Below, one piece after another: positions 32,698 through 42,865 of a stretch of 64,000 bases of DNA (positions within the stretch are counted from its first letter, which is position 1; every line of letters begins with the position of its first letter). The position numbers were made by a program, and so were the translations under genes. Where the stretch lies: positions 128,001-192,000 of the forward strand of contig JAVYVS010000003.1 of NCBI GenBank assembly GCA_038727515.1, given 5' to 3'. This stretch comes from Candidatus Methanomethylicia archaeon (GTDB taxonomy: Archaea > Thermoproteota > Methanomethylicia > Culexarchaeales > Culexarchaeaceae). The notes under the pieces are model-generated. The model did no database searches, had not been told where the DNA came from, and was given only the letters and a program-made list of their open reading frames with translations.

Positions 32698-33518
32698 GAC
32701 TATTTAATATAATTTCATCTATTCGCATACCGTTATTAAGTAGAATAATATGCAAATTGATATCAGAGCAATTTCGTAGTGCTGCCAATTACTTGATTTA
32801 CAAGTATGAAAAAGACGACATTTTACCCGAAGATATTTACATAAATATAATCGTATTTGCATGTATAATTTCAATAATAATTTCATGTGTAATTTCTTTA
32901 ATTTTTGTAAAAAATTTATTTATATCTCCTTCAATTTTCATATTTTTTCTACTACTCATGTATGTAATCCTTTATTATGGCATTGTTAGTGAGTATGAAA
33001 ATGATAAATTAATTACTCATTTGTATTATTTCATGGCATTGAAAGATATGGCACTTGCATATAGTTCTACAAAATCCATTATTGAAGCAATAAGATTTGT
33101 TGTTTTAGGTGGATACCCAGTAATATCGGATATTTTGAAAAATATTATTAAAAATATTGTAAACGGACTAGACCCTGAGAAAATATTGATTGAAAGTAAT
33201 GTAATTATGGAATTCGACAAAAGTCTAGATTTACAATTGAGTAAACTATTATCTGAAGTTAAGAAGGGAGAAAGTTTTTATCCACAACAGATTTCGATCA
33301 TATATGATAAAACATTTGCAAAATTGGAAATATATTGCTTACTGTTATTATTTTTAGGATTTCTTCTTCCTATGATATCACTTTTTATCATTATGTCTAT
33401 GAGAATTATAAACATAGAGATCGTACTATCATTCATTTTAATTCAAATAATTGTTTTAACTATTTTCTCAAAATTTTTACTTACAAAAATTTATTATTTG
33501 GTTGGTGTGAAAAGATGA
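32694..33518 (+). CDS. TadB/TadC-like membrane platform protein
   Basis: TM pairs flanking a soluble segment (GYPVISD...I.NG.DPE); overlaps the ATPase stop. Confidence 0.6.
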   Translation: MRLFNIISSIRIPLLSRIICKLISEQFRSAANYLIYKYEKDDILPEDIYINIIVFACIISIIISCVISLIFVKNLFISPSIFIFFLLLMYVILYYGIVSEYENDKLITHLYYFMALKDMALAYSSTKSIIEAIRFVVLGGYPVISDILKNIIKNIVNGLDPEKILIESNVIMEFDKSLDLQLSKLLSEVKKGESFYPQQISIIYDKTFAKLEIYCLLLLFLGFLLPMISLFIIMSMRIINIEIVLSFILIQIIVLTIFSKFLLTKIYYLVGVKR

Positions 33519-34315
33519 TGCTATTATTTTCATTTCTTAATTATATTAGTTATAACATTTTAAACGTTAATATCCTATTTTTATTAGTTATAATAAGTGT
33601 ATCATTGATTTTTATAGCAATTATTAAAACACGTTCAAAAAAGGTTAAAAGTTTAGACCGGTTATCAATAAAAACATATCTAGAAAGAGAAAGAGAATTT
33701 GAAAATTTTATAGCAAAATTTATAGAAAATTTAAAATTTATTAAAAGTCCAGAAGCGGCACTACTATACACTTCAAAAATATATAATGGAAAATTCAGTG
33801 ATATTATTTTTCAAAATATTTCATTGGGATTATCTATAGGAGAAATATTTAATAATTTAAGTAATTTCTTTCCTAGTAATAAGCGCGTATTAAATCTTTT
33901 TTCAAGATCTTTATCCTATGATACAACACGTTTTATTTCTATATCGGATGATGTACTAAAATATATAAAAGAGACCATATACTTAAAGAACCAAATAGAA
34001 GCCTTACTCACGAAAGTACGAATAAAAATGACAGTTTTGTCTATATCATCATCAGCAACTTTAGCACTACTATCAAAAATTATACCGTTCATTTTGAATC
34101 TTATTATAATAGAAACGAACATAAGTATGTACTTTCCATTATTTAATGATTTATCTCTGGTTTCATTTTTATTGTTTCTTACTATTTCACTATATAACAC
34201 ATATATAGTTTCAAAGACGATATTTCATTCCCATTCTATTATTCTATCTATACTTTCATCGCTAATTTTCATATTTTTATATATCCTTACTCCAGAAGTA
34301 GGTGCAAGATTTTAA
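33515..34315 (+). CDS. Second TadB/TadC-like membrane protein
   Basis: ATGA-coupled start; SPEAAL and G.SI segments; C-terminal TMs. Confidence 0.6.
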   Translation: MMLLFSFLNYISYNILNVNILFLLVIISVSLIFIAIIKTRSKKVKSLDRLSIKTYLEREREFENFIAKFIENLKFIKSPEAALLYTSKIYNGKFSDIIFQNISLGLSIGEIFNNLSNFFPSNKRVLNLFSRSLSYDTTRFISISDDVLKYIKETIYLKNQIEALLTKVRIKMTVLSISSSATLALLSKIIPFILNLIIIETNISMYFPLFNDLSLVSFLLFLTISLYNTYIVSKTIFHSHSIILSILSSLIFIFLYILTPEVGARF

Positions 34316-34347
34316 ATACTTAAAAAGTTATTGAAAATAAGGGATTT

Positions 34348-34581
34348 ATGTTCTTCTCCTGTAATATAAATAAAAGGAGGAAAGGATCACCACTATTAGA
34401 AGAAGGTTTACTTATAGCGTTAGCAGTTATAACAATGTCAATAGTTTTTTCAATGATATTGGGAATATTGGATGGTGTACAAAAAATGATCCAAAATCTA
34501 GGGTTTAATACTCAAAATTTTGCTAATTCATTAAATGATATATGGAATAGAATAATTTCATTTTTAGGACTCGGAGGATGA
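34348..34581 (+). CDS. Putative pilin with a class III signal peptide
   Basis: KRRKG|SPLLE followed by a hydrophobic helix (Glu at +5); last gene of the ATPase/TadBC cluster. Confidence 0.7.
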   Translation: MFFSCNINKRRKGSPLLEEGLLIALAVITMSIVFSMILGILDGVQKMIQNLGFNTQNFANSLNDIWNRIISFLGLGG

Positions 34582-35184
34582 AAATTTTGTTAAATATTCT
34601 TTTAGCATTCCTTCCCTTTCTAAAGTTTCAAACCAATTTATATACTTGTTTTTACTAGTTTTCAAATTAGCGCAAAATAAAATATCCAAGATTTCCTTTA
34701 CGATATCATCAGCTTCCTTGTTTGTAACATCTATTTCCACAACTTTATCAGCACCATAAGCTTCCAGAGCACTTATTAAACAGGCATCTAACATCTCAGC
34801 GAGCACATTTTCATATATCTTCTTTTTTTCCCATCCCTTCATTTCCAATACTTTTTCTAGTTTCAAAGGATGCATTCTTAATACAAAAGCTTTATAAACA
34901 TATGGTGAAGGAATTATATCAGCATAATGTCCTTCTATAATTACTAAAGATTTACTCTCGGATATTAATTCAATAATCCTTTTAAGTAAGAGATCAAGAT
35001 TGGGTACGTAAGATTCTCTTACTTCATCAAAGGCAATCAATATTCTTTCTTCTATGACGATTTTTGATAGGTTTATATATTTCGCATTTAAGACTTTACT
35101 GAGCTTCTCACAAACTGTAGTTTTTCCTGTACCTGGGCATCCGTGAATTATTAATACCTTTTCTTGCATCATTACCACAAACAA
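34564..35184 (-). CDS. Adenylate kinase AK6/hCINAP (Fap7) family
   Basis: HGCPGTGKTT, IIEGHY, VLR.HP, KIYENV.AE. Confidence 0.88.
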   Translation of the reverse strand: MFVVMMQEKVLIIHGCPGTGKTTVCEKLSKVLNAKYINLSKIVIEERILIAFDEVRESYVPNLDLLLKRIIELISESKSLVIIEGHYADIIPSPYVYKAFVLRMHPLKLEKVLEMKGWEKKKIYENVLAEMLDACLISALEAYGADKVVEIDVTNKEADDIVKEILDILFCANLKTSKNKYINWFETLEREGMLKEYLTKFSSSES

Positions 35185-35216
35185 TATTTAATGTAGTAAG
35201 CGTATATATAAAAAAT

Positions 35217-35507
35217 GTGAGAGTAAGGGATGTATTGAACAAAATATATTGGCATAAAGATGAAAATAAAAGTGATTATGAAATATTATTTATCCATAGA
35301 GGGGCTCCAAATAATTTAAAATCATTCTCTGCAAACGACATAATAAAGATAGGGAAAGAAAGTGTAAACTATAAGAACAAAGATGATGACGTTGTAACTA
35401 TACCATTTCATAGGATCATACTAATAAGAAATATAAAAACAGGAAAAATTCTATGGAAGAAAGGTATGTTGATGAGAGATGATGAGAAATGTGATGCTAT
35501 AGGTTAA
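35217..35507 (+). CDS. DUF504 / MJ1316-like protein
   Basis: RDVLNKIYW, IHRGAP, IPFHRI. Confidence 0.8.
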   Translation: MRVRDVLNKIYWHKDENKSDYEILFIHRGAPNNLKSFSANDIIKIGKESVNYKNKDDDVVTIPFHRIILIRNIKTGKILWKKGMLMRDDEKCDAIG

Positions 35508-35542
35508 AATTTAAAATCATTGTAGAAATTATTAGTTGTAGG

Positions 35543-36085
35543 GTGTTTATTATCATGTATATTCGTGGACTATATGTAGGACGTTTTCAGCCTGTTCACT
35601 TAGGTCATGTGGAGTGTATAAAATATGTATCAAAAAAATGTGAAGAAGTTATAATAGTTATCGGTAGTGCGCAGGCAAGTCATACTCTTGAGAATCCATT
35701 TACCACCGCTGAAAGGATTCAAATGCTTAGGTTAGCACTCCAAGAAAATAAGTTCGATCTAGGGAAAATAATAATTGTTCCTATTGAAGACACATTAAAT
35801 AATAATCATTCAGTATGGGTTTCAAAGGTTAAAAGTATGGTTCCAAAGTTTGATGTTATTTTTACTAATAGTCCTTTAACTAAAAGATTATTTGAGGAAG
35901 AAGGCATGAAAGTTGAAGAAATCCCATTTATTGACAGGGAAATCTATAATGGAACAAAAATTAGATCATTAATTATTGAGGGGAAAGAATGGAAGGAATT
36001 TCTTCCAAGAAGTGTTTATGAATATATTAAGGAGATAAAAGGAGATGTGCGATTAAAATGTTTAGCGAAGAAGGATATTGTATGA
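35543..36085 (+). CDS. nadM: Nicotinamide-nucleotide adenylyltransferase
   Basis: GRFQPVHLGH, GSAQ.SH...NPFT..ER, GTKIR. Confidence 0.93.
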   Translation: MFIIMYIRGLYVGRFQPVHLGHVECIKYVSKKCEEVIIVIGSAQASHTLENPFTTAERIQMLRLALQENKFDLGKIIIVPIEDTLNNNHSVWVSKVKSMVPKFDVIFTNSPLTKRLFEEEGMKVEEIPFIDREIYNGTKIRSLIIEGKEWKEFLPRSVYEYIKEIKGDVRLKCLAKKDIV

Positions 36086-36189
36086 GTTGATAGTGTAAAC
36101 TAATGGCTTAGTTATTAGTATACGGCTTATTATTGTAACTTACGCTTACAAAGTTTTTGAAAAGTGAACCATCACTCATCTTTGAATTA

Positions 36190-36260
36190 AAAATCAGAGC
36201 TTTTAACTTTCATCATCGTTGATGTGAATACAACTAAGTGCTCAACCAGCTCATCATCTA
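36190..36260 (-). ncRNA. Candidate C/D-box guide sRNA
   Basis: Minus strand: C box ATGATGA (36257-36251), 12-nt guide, degenerate D' and short hairpin, C' ATGATGA (36216-36210), 12-nt guide, D box CTGA (36197-36194); intergenic. Confidence 0.55.
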
Positions 36261-36279
36261 TATTAAATCGTTGTAGTTC

Positions 36280-36510
36280 TTATTTTAATAATTTAACCTT
36301 TAATAGTTCATTCCAAACATTGATAATGTCATTAAGAGATTCTTCGTCTAATATTTGTATTGCAAATCCAGCATGAACAAGAACGTAATCATTTACTTTT
36401 ATTCTCTCTTTTACTAATGTTATTATTATTTCCTTTTGAACACCACCAAAGTCAGCTAATGCCTTATCACCATTTATTGATATTATTTTTGCGGGTATAG
36501 CCAGACACAT
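36280..36510 (-). CDS. hypC: Hydrogenase assembly chaperone HypC
   Basis: MCLAIPAKI...DYVLVHAGFAI; start moved to MC. Confidence 0.95.
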   Translation of the reverse strand: MCLAIPAKIISINGDKALADFGGVQKEIIITLVKERIKVNDYVLVHAGFAIQILDEESLNDIINVWNELLKVKLLK

Positions 36511-36580
36511 ACATATCAGTAAATGATAAGAAGCAAAAAAATAATTAAGTGTTTTTGTAATTATTTCATTGGTCTTAAAA

Positions 36581-37288
36581 ATGTCGTTAAATAGGGGAGA
36601 TTTCATACTCGTGAATTTTACAGCAAAAGTAAAGGATACTGAAGAGATAATTGATACAACAATTGAAGATGTGGCAAAGGAGGGAAAAATATACCAAGAA
36701 AATAAAGTTTATGGACCAAGGTTAATAATAATTGGGGAAGGACAATTATTAAAGAAGTTAGAAGAAGAAATATTGTCAATGAACGTAGGGGATAGAAAAA
36801 TCATTGAATTGAAACCGGAAGAAGCATTTGGATATAGAGATCCATCAAAAGTAAGGATAATACCAGCAAGGGAATTAACTAGTAAGGGTATAACACCTAA
36901 AACTGGAACAAGAATTGAAACGGATGAGGGGGTTGCAATAGTTAGAAGTATAGGAGGGGGGAGAGTTGTAATAGACTTAAATCATCCATTAGCGGGAAAA
37001 ACATTGGTGTACGATGTTCATATAATTAAGAAGATAGAAGAAGAAAACGAAAAAATATTATTACTAATTCAGCGGAGATTACCATCCGTAGATGTATCAA
37101 AATTTAATATAGCAATTAATAACGGAACTCTCGTAATAAGAATCCCAGCAGAAATATACTTACTAGAGGGACTTCAATACATAAAACGAGGTATAGTTAA
37201 TGATATAGAAAGATTCTTTAAAAATATAAGAAAAGTTGAAATAGTTGAAACTTACGAGATTAAACATGAGAACAGAGAAGAGAAGTAG
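36581..37288 (+). CDS. FKBP-type peptidyl-prolyl isomerase (long archaeal type)
   Basis: IIDTT, PEEAFG.RD, GGRVVIDLNHPLAGKTL. Confidence 0.92.
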   Translation: MSLNRGDFILVNFTAKVKDTEEIIDTTIEDVAKEGKIYQENKVYGPRLIIIGEGQLLKKLEEEILSMNVGDRKIIELKPEEAFGYRDPSKVRIIPARELTSKGITPKTGTRIETDEGVAIVRSIGGGRVVIDLNHPLAGKTLVYDVHIIKKIEEENEKILLLIQRRLPSVDVSKFNIAINNGTLVIRIPAEIYLLEGLQYIKRGIVNDIERFFKNIRKVEIVETYEIKHENREEK

Positions 37289-37308
37289 ATTTTAAATTAG
37301 GAACTTTA

Positions 37309-37770
37309 TTAAATGATTGTAACCAAAACTTTAGCTAGATTTTTACCATTTTGACATTTTATATGGTGTAATATCTTTTCAATCTTGATCTTGTCATTTT
37401 TAAATAGACCTAGGGGTGCACAAAGTGATTTATTTAAGCAAGTTGTTTTACATTCAATAGGGTTATAAGATACGATTACTCCTTCTAGCGCAATTCTACG
37501 TTCTACGAAAATTTCTATTGGTGATAATTTAACTTCAACTACTGACACGAAGTCATTTAATAATTTACAAAAATGTTTTTTATCCCTAACTTTAATTATT
37601 TCATATATTCGCCCTTGTTCTAGTCTTTCAACACAAACCTTTCTTAAATTACATGTTAAACATATTTCACTAGGTTTTTCAAAAACAAACTTATAACCAT
37701 TTTTAGCAACATTACTATTAACTAATGTTATTATAGTATTATCCTTTGATAACCTCTGTTTCAGCTGCAA
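37309..37770 (-). CDS. UPF0179 family protein
   Basis: ITLV...AK.G..F, C..C.L...C...LE.GR.Y; second Cys cluster; exact start uncertain. Confidence 0.8.
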   Translation of the reverse strand: MQLKQRLSKDNTIITLVNSNVAKNGYKFVFEKPSEICLTCNLRKVCVERLEQGRIYEIIKVRDKKHFCKLLNDFVSVVEVKLSPIEIFVERRIALEGVIVSYNPIECKTTCLNKSLCAPLGLFKNDKIKIEKILHHIKCQNGKNLAKVLVTII

Positions 37771-38812
37771 TTTTTTCAGCCTCCCTCCAATTTAATTCTT
37801 TTTCATTCAATATTGTGTACCTATCTTTACGTATTTCTTTAGCTTTAATTAAAGCTTCTATTATATCATTCTCTTCTACCCCTAGTTCTTTAGCATTTGT
37901 TGGAGCTCCAATTATTGATAACGTATTTTTTATTTTTCTCCAGTTACCACCATGAAGATACATCATAATTATTGTACCCACGCCACATTGTTCACCATGT
38001 AAACCCGGTTTTTTCGCTATTATATCAAGTGCATGGCTAAACATATGTTCAGACCCACTACATGGTCTACTACTACCAGCAATGCACATAGCTACACCAC
38101 AACTTATTAATGCTTCAACAATTGTTCTAATACTTTCATCCATTAGATGTCGTATCCTCTTGGCATGTTTTACTACGAGATTTGCTGACATTAAAGCAAG
38201 TGATGCAGCGTATTCACCATAATATTCTCCTAAACGTTGTTTAGCTAATTTCCAATCTTTAATAGATGTAAATTTTGCAATGATGTCACCACAACCACTT
38301 GCTATTAGCTTATATGGAGCTTTAACTATTATGTTTAAATCAGCTATTATTGATATAGGTGGATTAACAGTTATTGAGGTTCTACTGGATGTATTTCTAA
38401 TGGAGGCTATAGGTGATGATATCCCATCGTGACTTGCAGCAGTTGGTACACTTATATATGGAAGGTTATTTTTAAAGGCTATTATTTTAGTTGCATCAAT
38501 AACTTTACCGCCTCCAACACCAATTATAATATCGATATTACTTATTTTTTGAAATTCTTCAGATATTCTATTAATTTCGTTGATAGAAGATTCTTCTACA
38601 GTATAAAGTTCGCTTTCAAACCCGTTAGCACTTAAAATGTCATATACTTTTTCTCCAGCTATATTTTTAACATGTGGGCCAGTTAATATAATAACTTTAT
38701 TCTTTACCTTTAATTCGTTGCATATTTCCCGTATATTGTTTATGACATTTTTACCTACAAGCACTTTTTGAGGCAAAGTGATTTTATGTTGTTCCAAAGC
38801 ACATGCCCTCAT
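37739..38812 (-). CDS. egsA: sn-glycerol-1-phosphate dehydrogenase
   Basis: GVGGGKVID, PTAASHDGI, GSSRPCSGSEH, HGEQCG. Confidence 0.95.
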   Translation of the reverse strand: MRACALEQHKITLPQKVLVGKNVINNIREICNELKVKNKVIILTGPHVKNIAGEKVYDILSANGFESELYTVEESSINEINRISEEFQKISNIDIIIGVGGGKVIDATKIIAFKNNLPYISVPTAASHDGISSPIASIRNTSSRTSITVNPPISIIADLNIIVKAPYKLIASGCGDIIAKFTSIKDWKLAKQRLGEYYGEYAASLALMSANLVVKHAKRIRHLMDESIRTIVEALISCGVAMCIAGSSRPCSGSEHMFSHALDIIAKKPGLHGEQCGVGTIIMMYLHGGNWRKIKNTLSIIGAPTNAKELGVEENDIIEALIKAKEIRKDRYTILNEKELNWREAEKIAAETEVIKG

Positions 38813-38927
38813 AGAAAATTAAATAGGTAAATATATAAAAATAGATATTGAAAAAGTAATTCTTAAATACAAGAAAGTGCTCTTTACTGTTGTATTTTTC
38901 ATGTTTTAAATAATTCTGGGTGGTAAA

Positions 38928-39557
38928 ATGTATTATAGTAATATGAACAAAATATTAATGAGTGGAACAACAACGGTTGGCCTGGTATGTTCAGATGGAG
39001 TTATACTCGGCTCTGATAGAAGAGCTACTGTAGGTTTTTTTGTAGCTCATCCTCATGTTAGAAAGATATACAAATTAGACGACCATATTGCTGCAACTAT
39101 AGCCGGAGTTGTAGCAGATGCACAAAATATAATGAATATCGCAAGTGCTAACATAAAACTATACAAATATATGCATAATAGGCCAATAAGTGTAAAAGCA
39201 GCATCAAGTTTACTTTCAAATATATTGATTAATGCAAGGGTATATCCTTTTATAGTACAACTACTTGTAGGAGGGGTTGACCACTCTGGACCTCGTCTTT
39301 TTGCTTTAGATCCATTTGGAACGGTGACAGAGGAGAAATATACGACTACAGGATCTGGTTCCCCCATGGCGATAAGCATATTAGAGGACTCCTTTAGGAG
39401 GGGACTCTCAATAAAAGAAGCTATACCAATAGTTTCACGTGCAATATCTTCTGCTATTAAGAGAGATCCAGCAAGCGGAGGAGGATACGACATTGTTATA
39501 ATAACAAAAGAAGGAATGCAAGAATTTAGCAGTGAAGAGTTATCAAGGTCGAGATAA
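38928..39557 (+). CDS. psmB: Proteasome subunit beta
   Basis: G|TTTVG propeptide site, DRRAT, AG.VAD.Q, GSGS, RD.ASG. Confidence 0.95.
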   Translation: MYYSNMNKILMSGTTTVGLVCSDGVILGSDRRATVGFFVAHPHVRKIYKLDDHIAATIAGVVADAQNIMNIASANIKLYKYMHNRPISVKAASSLLSNILINARVYPFIVQLLVGGVDHSGPRLFALDPFGTVTEEKYTTTGSGSPMAISILEDSFRRGLSIKEAIPIVSRAISSAIKRDPASGGGYDIVIITKEGMQEFSSEELSRSR

Positions 39558-39560
39558 CAT

Positions 39561-41462
39561 ATGGAAGATGCTATTTTTAGGATTAGAGAATCAATAATGA
39601 AAAATATACCTCAAAAAGCAGAAATAACAAGAATAGAATTTGAGGGCCCGGAGATAGCCGTTTATGTATCAAAACCAGAACTGTTATCAGAAGAGGTATT
39701 AAAGAAAATAGCTAAAGAGATAAAGAAAAGGATAACTATTAGAATAGAGCCAAATGTAAGATTAGATAAACAAAAAGTAATTGAACATATTTATGCTGGG
39801 ATTCAAAAAGAAAATGAAATAAGCAATATTTTATTTGATGATGCATTTGGTGAGGTATATATAGTGGTAAAAAAGGGGGTAAAGACGCTTCTTGAAAACG
39901 AAGAAATTCTAAAAAGGATGACTGCATTAACTCTATGGAAAACTAAAATAGTTAAAGAACCTCCTATAAAATCATCAGTAAATGATTTTATAATAAAACT
40001 TAAGCTTCAATATGGAGAAACTAGAAGAAAAATATTGAGAGATGTTGGCTCAAGGATTCATAGACCACAAATCTTTCAGTCAGGAGAAATTAGAATGATT
40101 TGTCTAGGTGGATTTAGAGAAGTTGGACGTTCTGCTATATTGTTAGAGACTAGTGAGAGTACAATATTATTAGATTGTGGAGTAAAACCAGGCTTTACAC
40201 ATCCGTTACAAAGTTTTCCAAGGCTTGATATATCTGAATTTTTAATTGAAAAATTAGATGCAGTAGTAATATCACACGCACATTTAGATCACTGTGGATT
40301 TTTACCTTATCTTTTTAAGTATGGTTATGATGGTCCAGTATACTGTACTCCCCCAACACTTGATCTAATGACCTTATTACAGCTGGATTATTTACAAGTA
40401 GCAGGAAAAGAGGGTTTAAACCCCCCATACTCCCTACAAAACATTCAGGAAGCAATACTACATACAATACCAGTTGAATATGGTGAAGTAACCGATATAG
40501 CACCCGATATACGATTGACATTTTATAATGCAGGACACGTTCTTGGATCCGCTATTGTTCATCTTAACATAGGTGATGGGGAACATAATATTGTATATAC
40601 AGGAGATTTAAAGTTTGGAAGAACAAGACTTTTAGAACCAGCAACTTATTCATTTCCAAGAGTGGAAACATTAATCATTGAGGGAACATATGGTGCCCCC
40701 ACAGATATTCTTCCACAGAGGATAGAGACTGAGGCAAAGTTAATAGAAATAATATTGAAAACAATAAATAAAGGTGGCAAGATATTAATACCAGTACTTT
40801 CTGTTGGAAGAGCACAAGAGATATTAATACTGTTGAATGAAGCTTTTAAAATGAATTATATAAAGCCAATACCAGTGTTTATTGAAGGTATGGTTCAAGA
40901 GGCTACTAGTATTCACTTGATTTATCCCTATGGACTTTCAAAGAATATTAGGGAAGAAATATTGGTAAAAGATGAAAACCCATTTTTAAACGAATATTTT
41001 CACATATTGTCCCCCTCGACGGACCGTGAAATGATAGCAAGCGGCGAACCATGTATAATCATGGCAACTTCAGGAATGTTGACTGGAGGCCCTTCACTAG
41101 CTTATTTTAAACTTCTAGCACCTGATGAAAGGAATTCTATAATTTTCGTTTCATATCAGATACCTGGAACATTGGGTAGACGTGTATTAAATGGTATGAG
41201 GGAGATTCCCATAATATCAGAGGATGGTAAAAGCGAAGTTATAAAAGTTAATATGAATGTTTTTTCTGTAGAAGGTTTTTCAGGTCATAGTGATAGAAGA
41301 CAATTATTAGGATTTGTAAAGAGGATATCACCTAAACCTAATAAAATATTCGTTTGCCATGGTGAAGAAAACAAAGTAATAAATCTAGCTGAAACATTCT
41401 CAAAAATTTTCAAGATAAATGCATATGCTCCAAATAATATGGATGTTATAAGGTTGAAATGA
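39561..41462 (+). CDS. fttA: aCPSF1 / FttA beta-CASP ribonuclease with KH domains
   Basis: EFEGPEI KH region, LGGFREVGRS, SHAHLDH, GFSGHSD, CHGE; follows psmB. Confidence 0.93.
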   Translation: MEDAIFRIRESIMKNIPQKAEITRIEFEGPEIAVYVSKPELLSEEVLKKIAKEIKKRITIRIEPNVRLDKQKVIEHIYAGIQKENEISNILFDDAFGEVYIVVKKGVKTLLENEEILKRMTALTLWKTKIVKEPPIKSSVNDFIIKLKLQYGETRRKILRDVGSRIHRPQIFQSGEIRMICLGGFREVGRSAILLETSESTILLDCGVKPGFTHPLQSFPRLDISEFLIEKLDAVVISHAHLDHCGFLPYLFKYGYDGPVYCTPPTLDLMTLLQLDYLQVAGKEGLNPPYSLQNIQEAILHTIPVEYGEVTDIAPDIRLTFYNAGHVLGSAIVHLNIGDGEHNIVYTGDLKFGRTRLLEPATYSFPRVETLIIEGTYGAPTDILPQRIETEAKLIEIILKTINKGGKILIPVLSVGRAQEILILLNEAFKMNYIKPIPVFIEGMVQEATSIHLIYPYGLSKNIREEILVKDENPFLNEYFHILSPSTDREMIASGEPCIIMATSGMLTGGPSLAYFKLLAPDERNSIIFVSYQIPGTLGRRVLNGMREIPIISEDGKSEVIKVNMNVFSVEGFSGHSDRRQLLGFVKRISPKPNKIFVCHGEENKVINLAETFSKIFKINAYAPNNMDVIRLK

Positions 41463-41468
41463 TAATGA

Positions 41469-41993
41469 TTAACTGTTTGGAAAATGATGTTTAAGAGATA
41501 CCCATATTTTATCACCTACATGATGAAGATTTCTAATAACTTTTCCATGTTTAATCGTATGAATCATAGTTGATGAAAATAGAGCTTTACCAATAGCTAT
41601 AGTGATATTATGGTTACATTCAACTATTTGTACTATTTCGTTTTCATTGAAAAAATCTTTGATTTCAATAATTCCAGGCGCCATAACATCGGCTCCATTA
41701 ATTATGTGACGGATTGCCCCATCATCAACTACAACTTTTGGCAGTATTTCTTTCACTTTGTCATTTAATATGTTTATTGTGGGGATGAAGAGGTTTTCTT
41801 GTAGTTTTAGTATTATCGGGCTTCTCTCTATTACATAAACCTCAAATTTGTCAAATAATAAATATTCTATTTGAGGATTATTGTATGTAGCAATAACTTT
41901 TTTATACAATTCTGGATATAATTCACGTATTTTATTGATAATTTCTCTCGAATTTTTCCCACTTAATAAATGTCTTTTCTTAATTTTTGACAT
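41469..41993 (-). CDS. PUA-domain RNA-binding protein (DUF1947/MCT-1-like)
   Basis: VVVDDGAI.HI.NGADVMAPGI, HHVGDKIW. Confidence 0.88.
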   Translation of the reverse strand: MSKIKKRHLLSGKNSREIINKIRELYPELYKKVIATYNNPQIEYLLFDKFEVYVIERSPIILKLQENLFIPTINILNDKVKEILPKVVVDDGAIRHIINGADVMAPGIIEIKDFFNENEIVQIVECNHNITIAIGKALFSSTMIHTIKHGKVIRNLHHVGDKIWVSLKHHFPNS

Positions 41994-42096
41994 ACCAACT
42001 TAAAGTAAGATTATCAGTAATTAATAAAATTTAATAATCAAGTTTAACCGTTATTTTTAAATTTAGATAGACGTTAAATAGGGTAGGTGTAAACCA

Positions 42097-42324
42097 ATGA
42101 CTGAAACTGCAACAAGCGAAGTTTTATCTAAATCATTGGGAGGAATGGTCTACGTAAAGTTAAAAGGTGAAAAAATCATTAGGGGGCTTTTGAAGAGTTT
42201 TGATCAACACCTAAATTTGGTTTTAGAAAATGCAGAGGAAATTGAAGAGAATAGTACAAAATCTCTAGGGACTTTAATAATTAGAGGGGATAATATAATC
42301 TTGATTTCACCAGTATCATCATAG
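42097..42324 (+). CDS. Sm-like protein SmAP1
   Basis: [27 protein letters not shown]; upstream of rpl37e. Confidence 0.93.
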   Translation: MTETATSEVLSKSLGGMVYVKLKGEKIIRGLLKSFDQHLNLVLENAEEIEENSTKSLGTLIIRGDNIILISPVSS

Positions 42325-42337
42325 TTGGTGTGATGAC

Positions 42338-42502
42338 ATGGTAAAAGGTACTACTTCATTTGGAAAGGCAAACAGCAAAAAAACTCATATAATTTGTAGA
42401 AGATGTGGAAGACATTCATACAATGTAAGAGGAAAATACTGTGCAGCATGTGGTTTTGGTCGTTCAAGTAAGATTAGGAAATACAAATGGTTGTTAGAAT
42501 AA
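42338..42502 (+). CDS. rpl37e: 50S ribosomal protein L37e
   Basis: Manual translation [54 protein letters not shown]. Confidence 0.96.
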   Translation: MVKGTTSFGKANSKKTHIICRRCGRHSYNVRGKYCAACGFGRSSKIRKYKWLLE

Positions 42503-42538
42503 TTCAAATGCATAAAAATAAAATAAAAACTATTCATT

Positions 42539-42615
42539 TGGTGGACCGGGCGGGATTTGAACCCGCGACCTCCTGCGTGCAAGGCAGACGCTCTTCCAGG
42601 CTGAGCTACCGGCCC
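42539..42615 (-). tRNA. tRNA-Ala(TGC), CCA encoded
   Basis: Reverse complement GGGCCGGTAGCTCAG...CTGCCTTGCACGCAG...CCGGTCCACCA. Confidence 0.95.
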
Positions 42616-42691
42616 AAACAGATTAAAATTGTAGTGCTCAGAATTTGTATAAAGGCATGATAAAATTTAAAATTTTTGTGAATATTTGAAG

Positions 42692-42766
42692 GGCCGCCGG
42701 CGGGATTTGAACCCGCGACCTACAGGTCCACAGCCTGCCGCTCTTCCAGACTGAGCTACGGCGGCC
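42692..42766 (-). tRNA. tRNA-His(GTG) with encoded G-1
   Basis: Reverse complement GGCCGCCGTAGCTCAG...CAGGCTGTGGACCTG...CGGCGGCC. Confidence 0.95.
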
Positions 42767-42865
42767 ATTTTTATTCAAATGTATTATATGGGAAGATATT
42801 ATTGAGAGATTTCATAAGCTTATATCTAATAGGTCACACATTTATATAAGTGTTATTTTAGTTGT

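Noticed and set aside
33335-33514. N-terminal extension of the second TadB/C ORF
   Set aside because: Overlaps the upstream gene out of frame; the ATGA-coupled start at 33515 is more plausible
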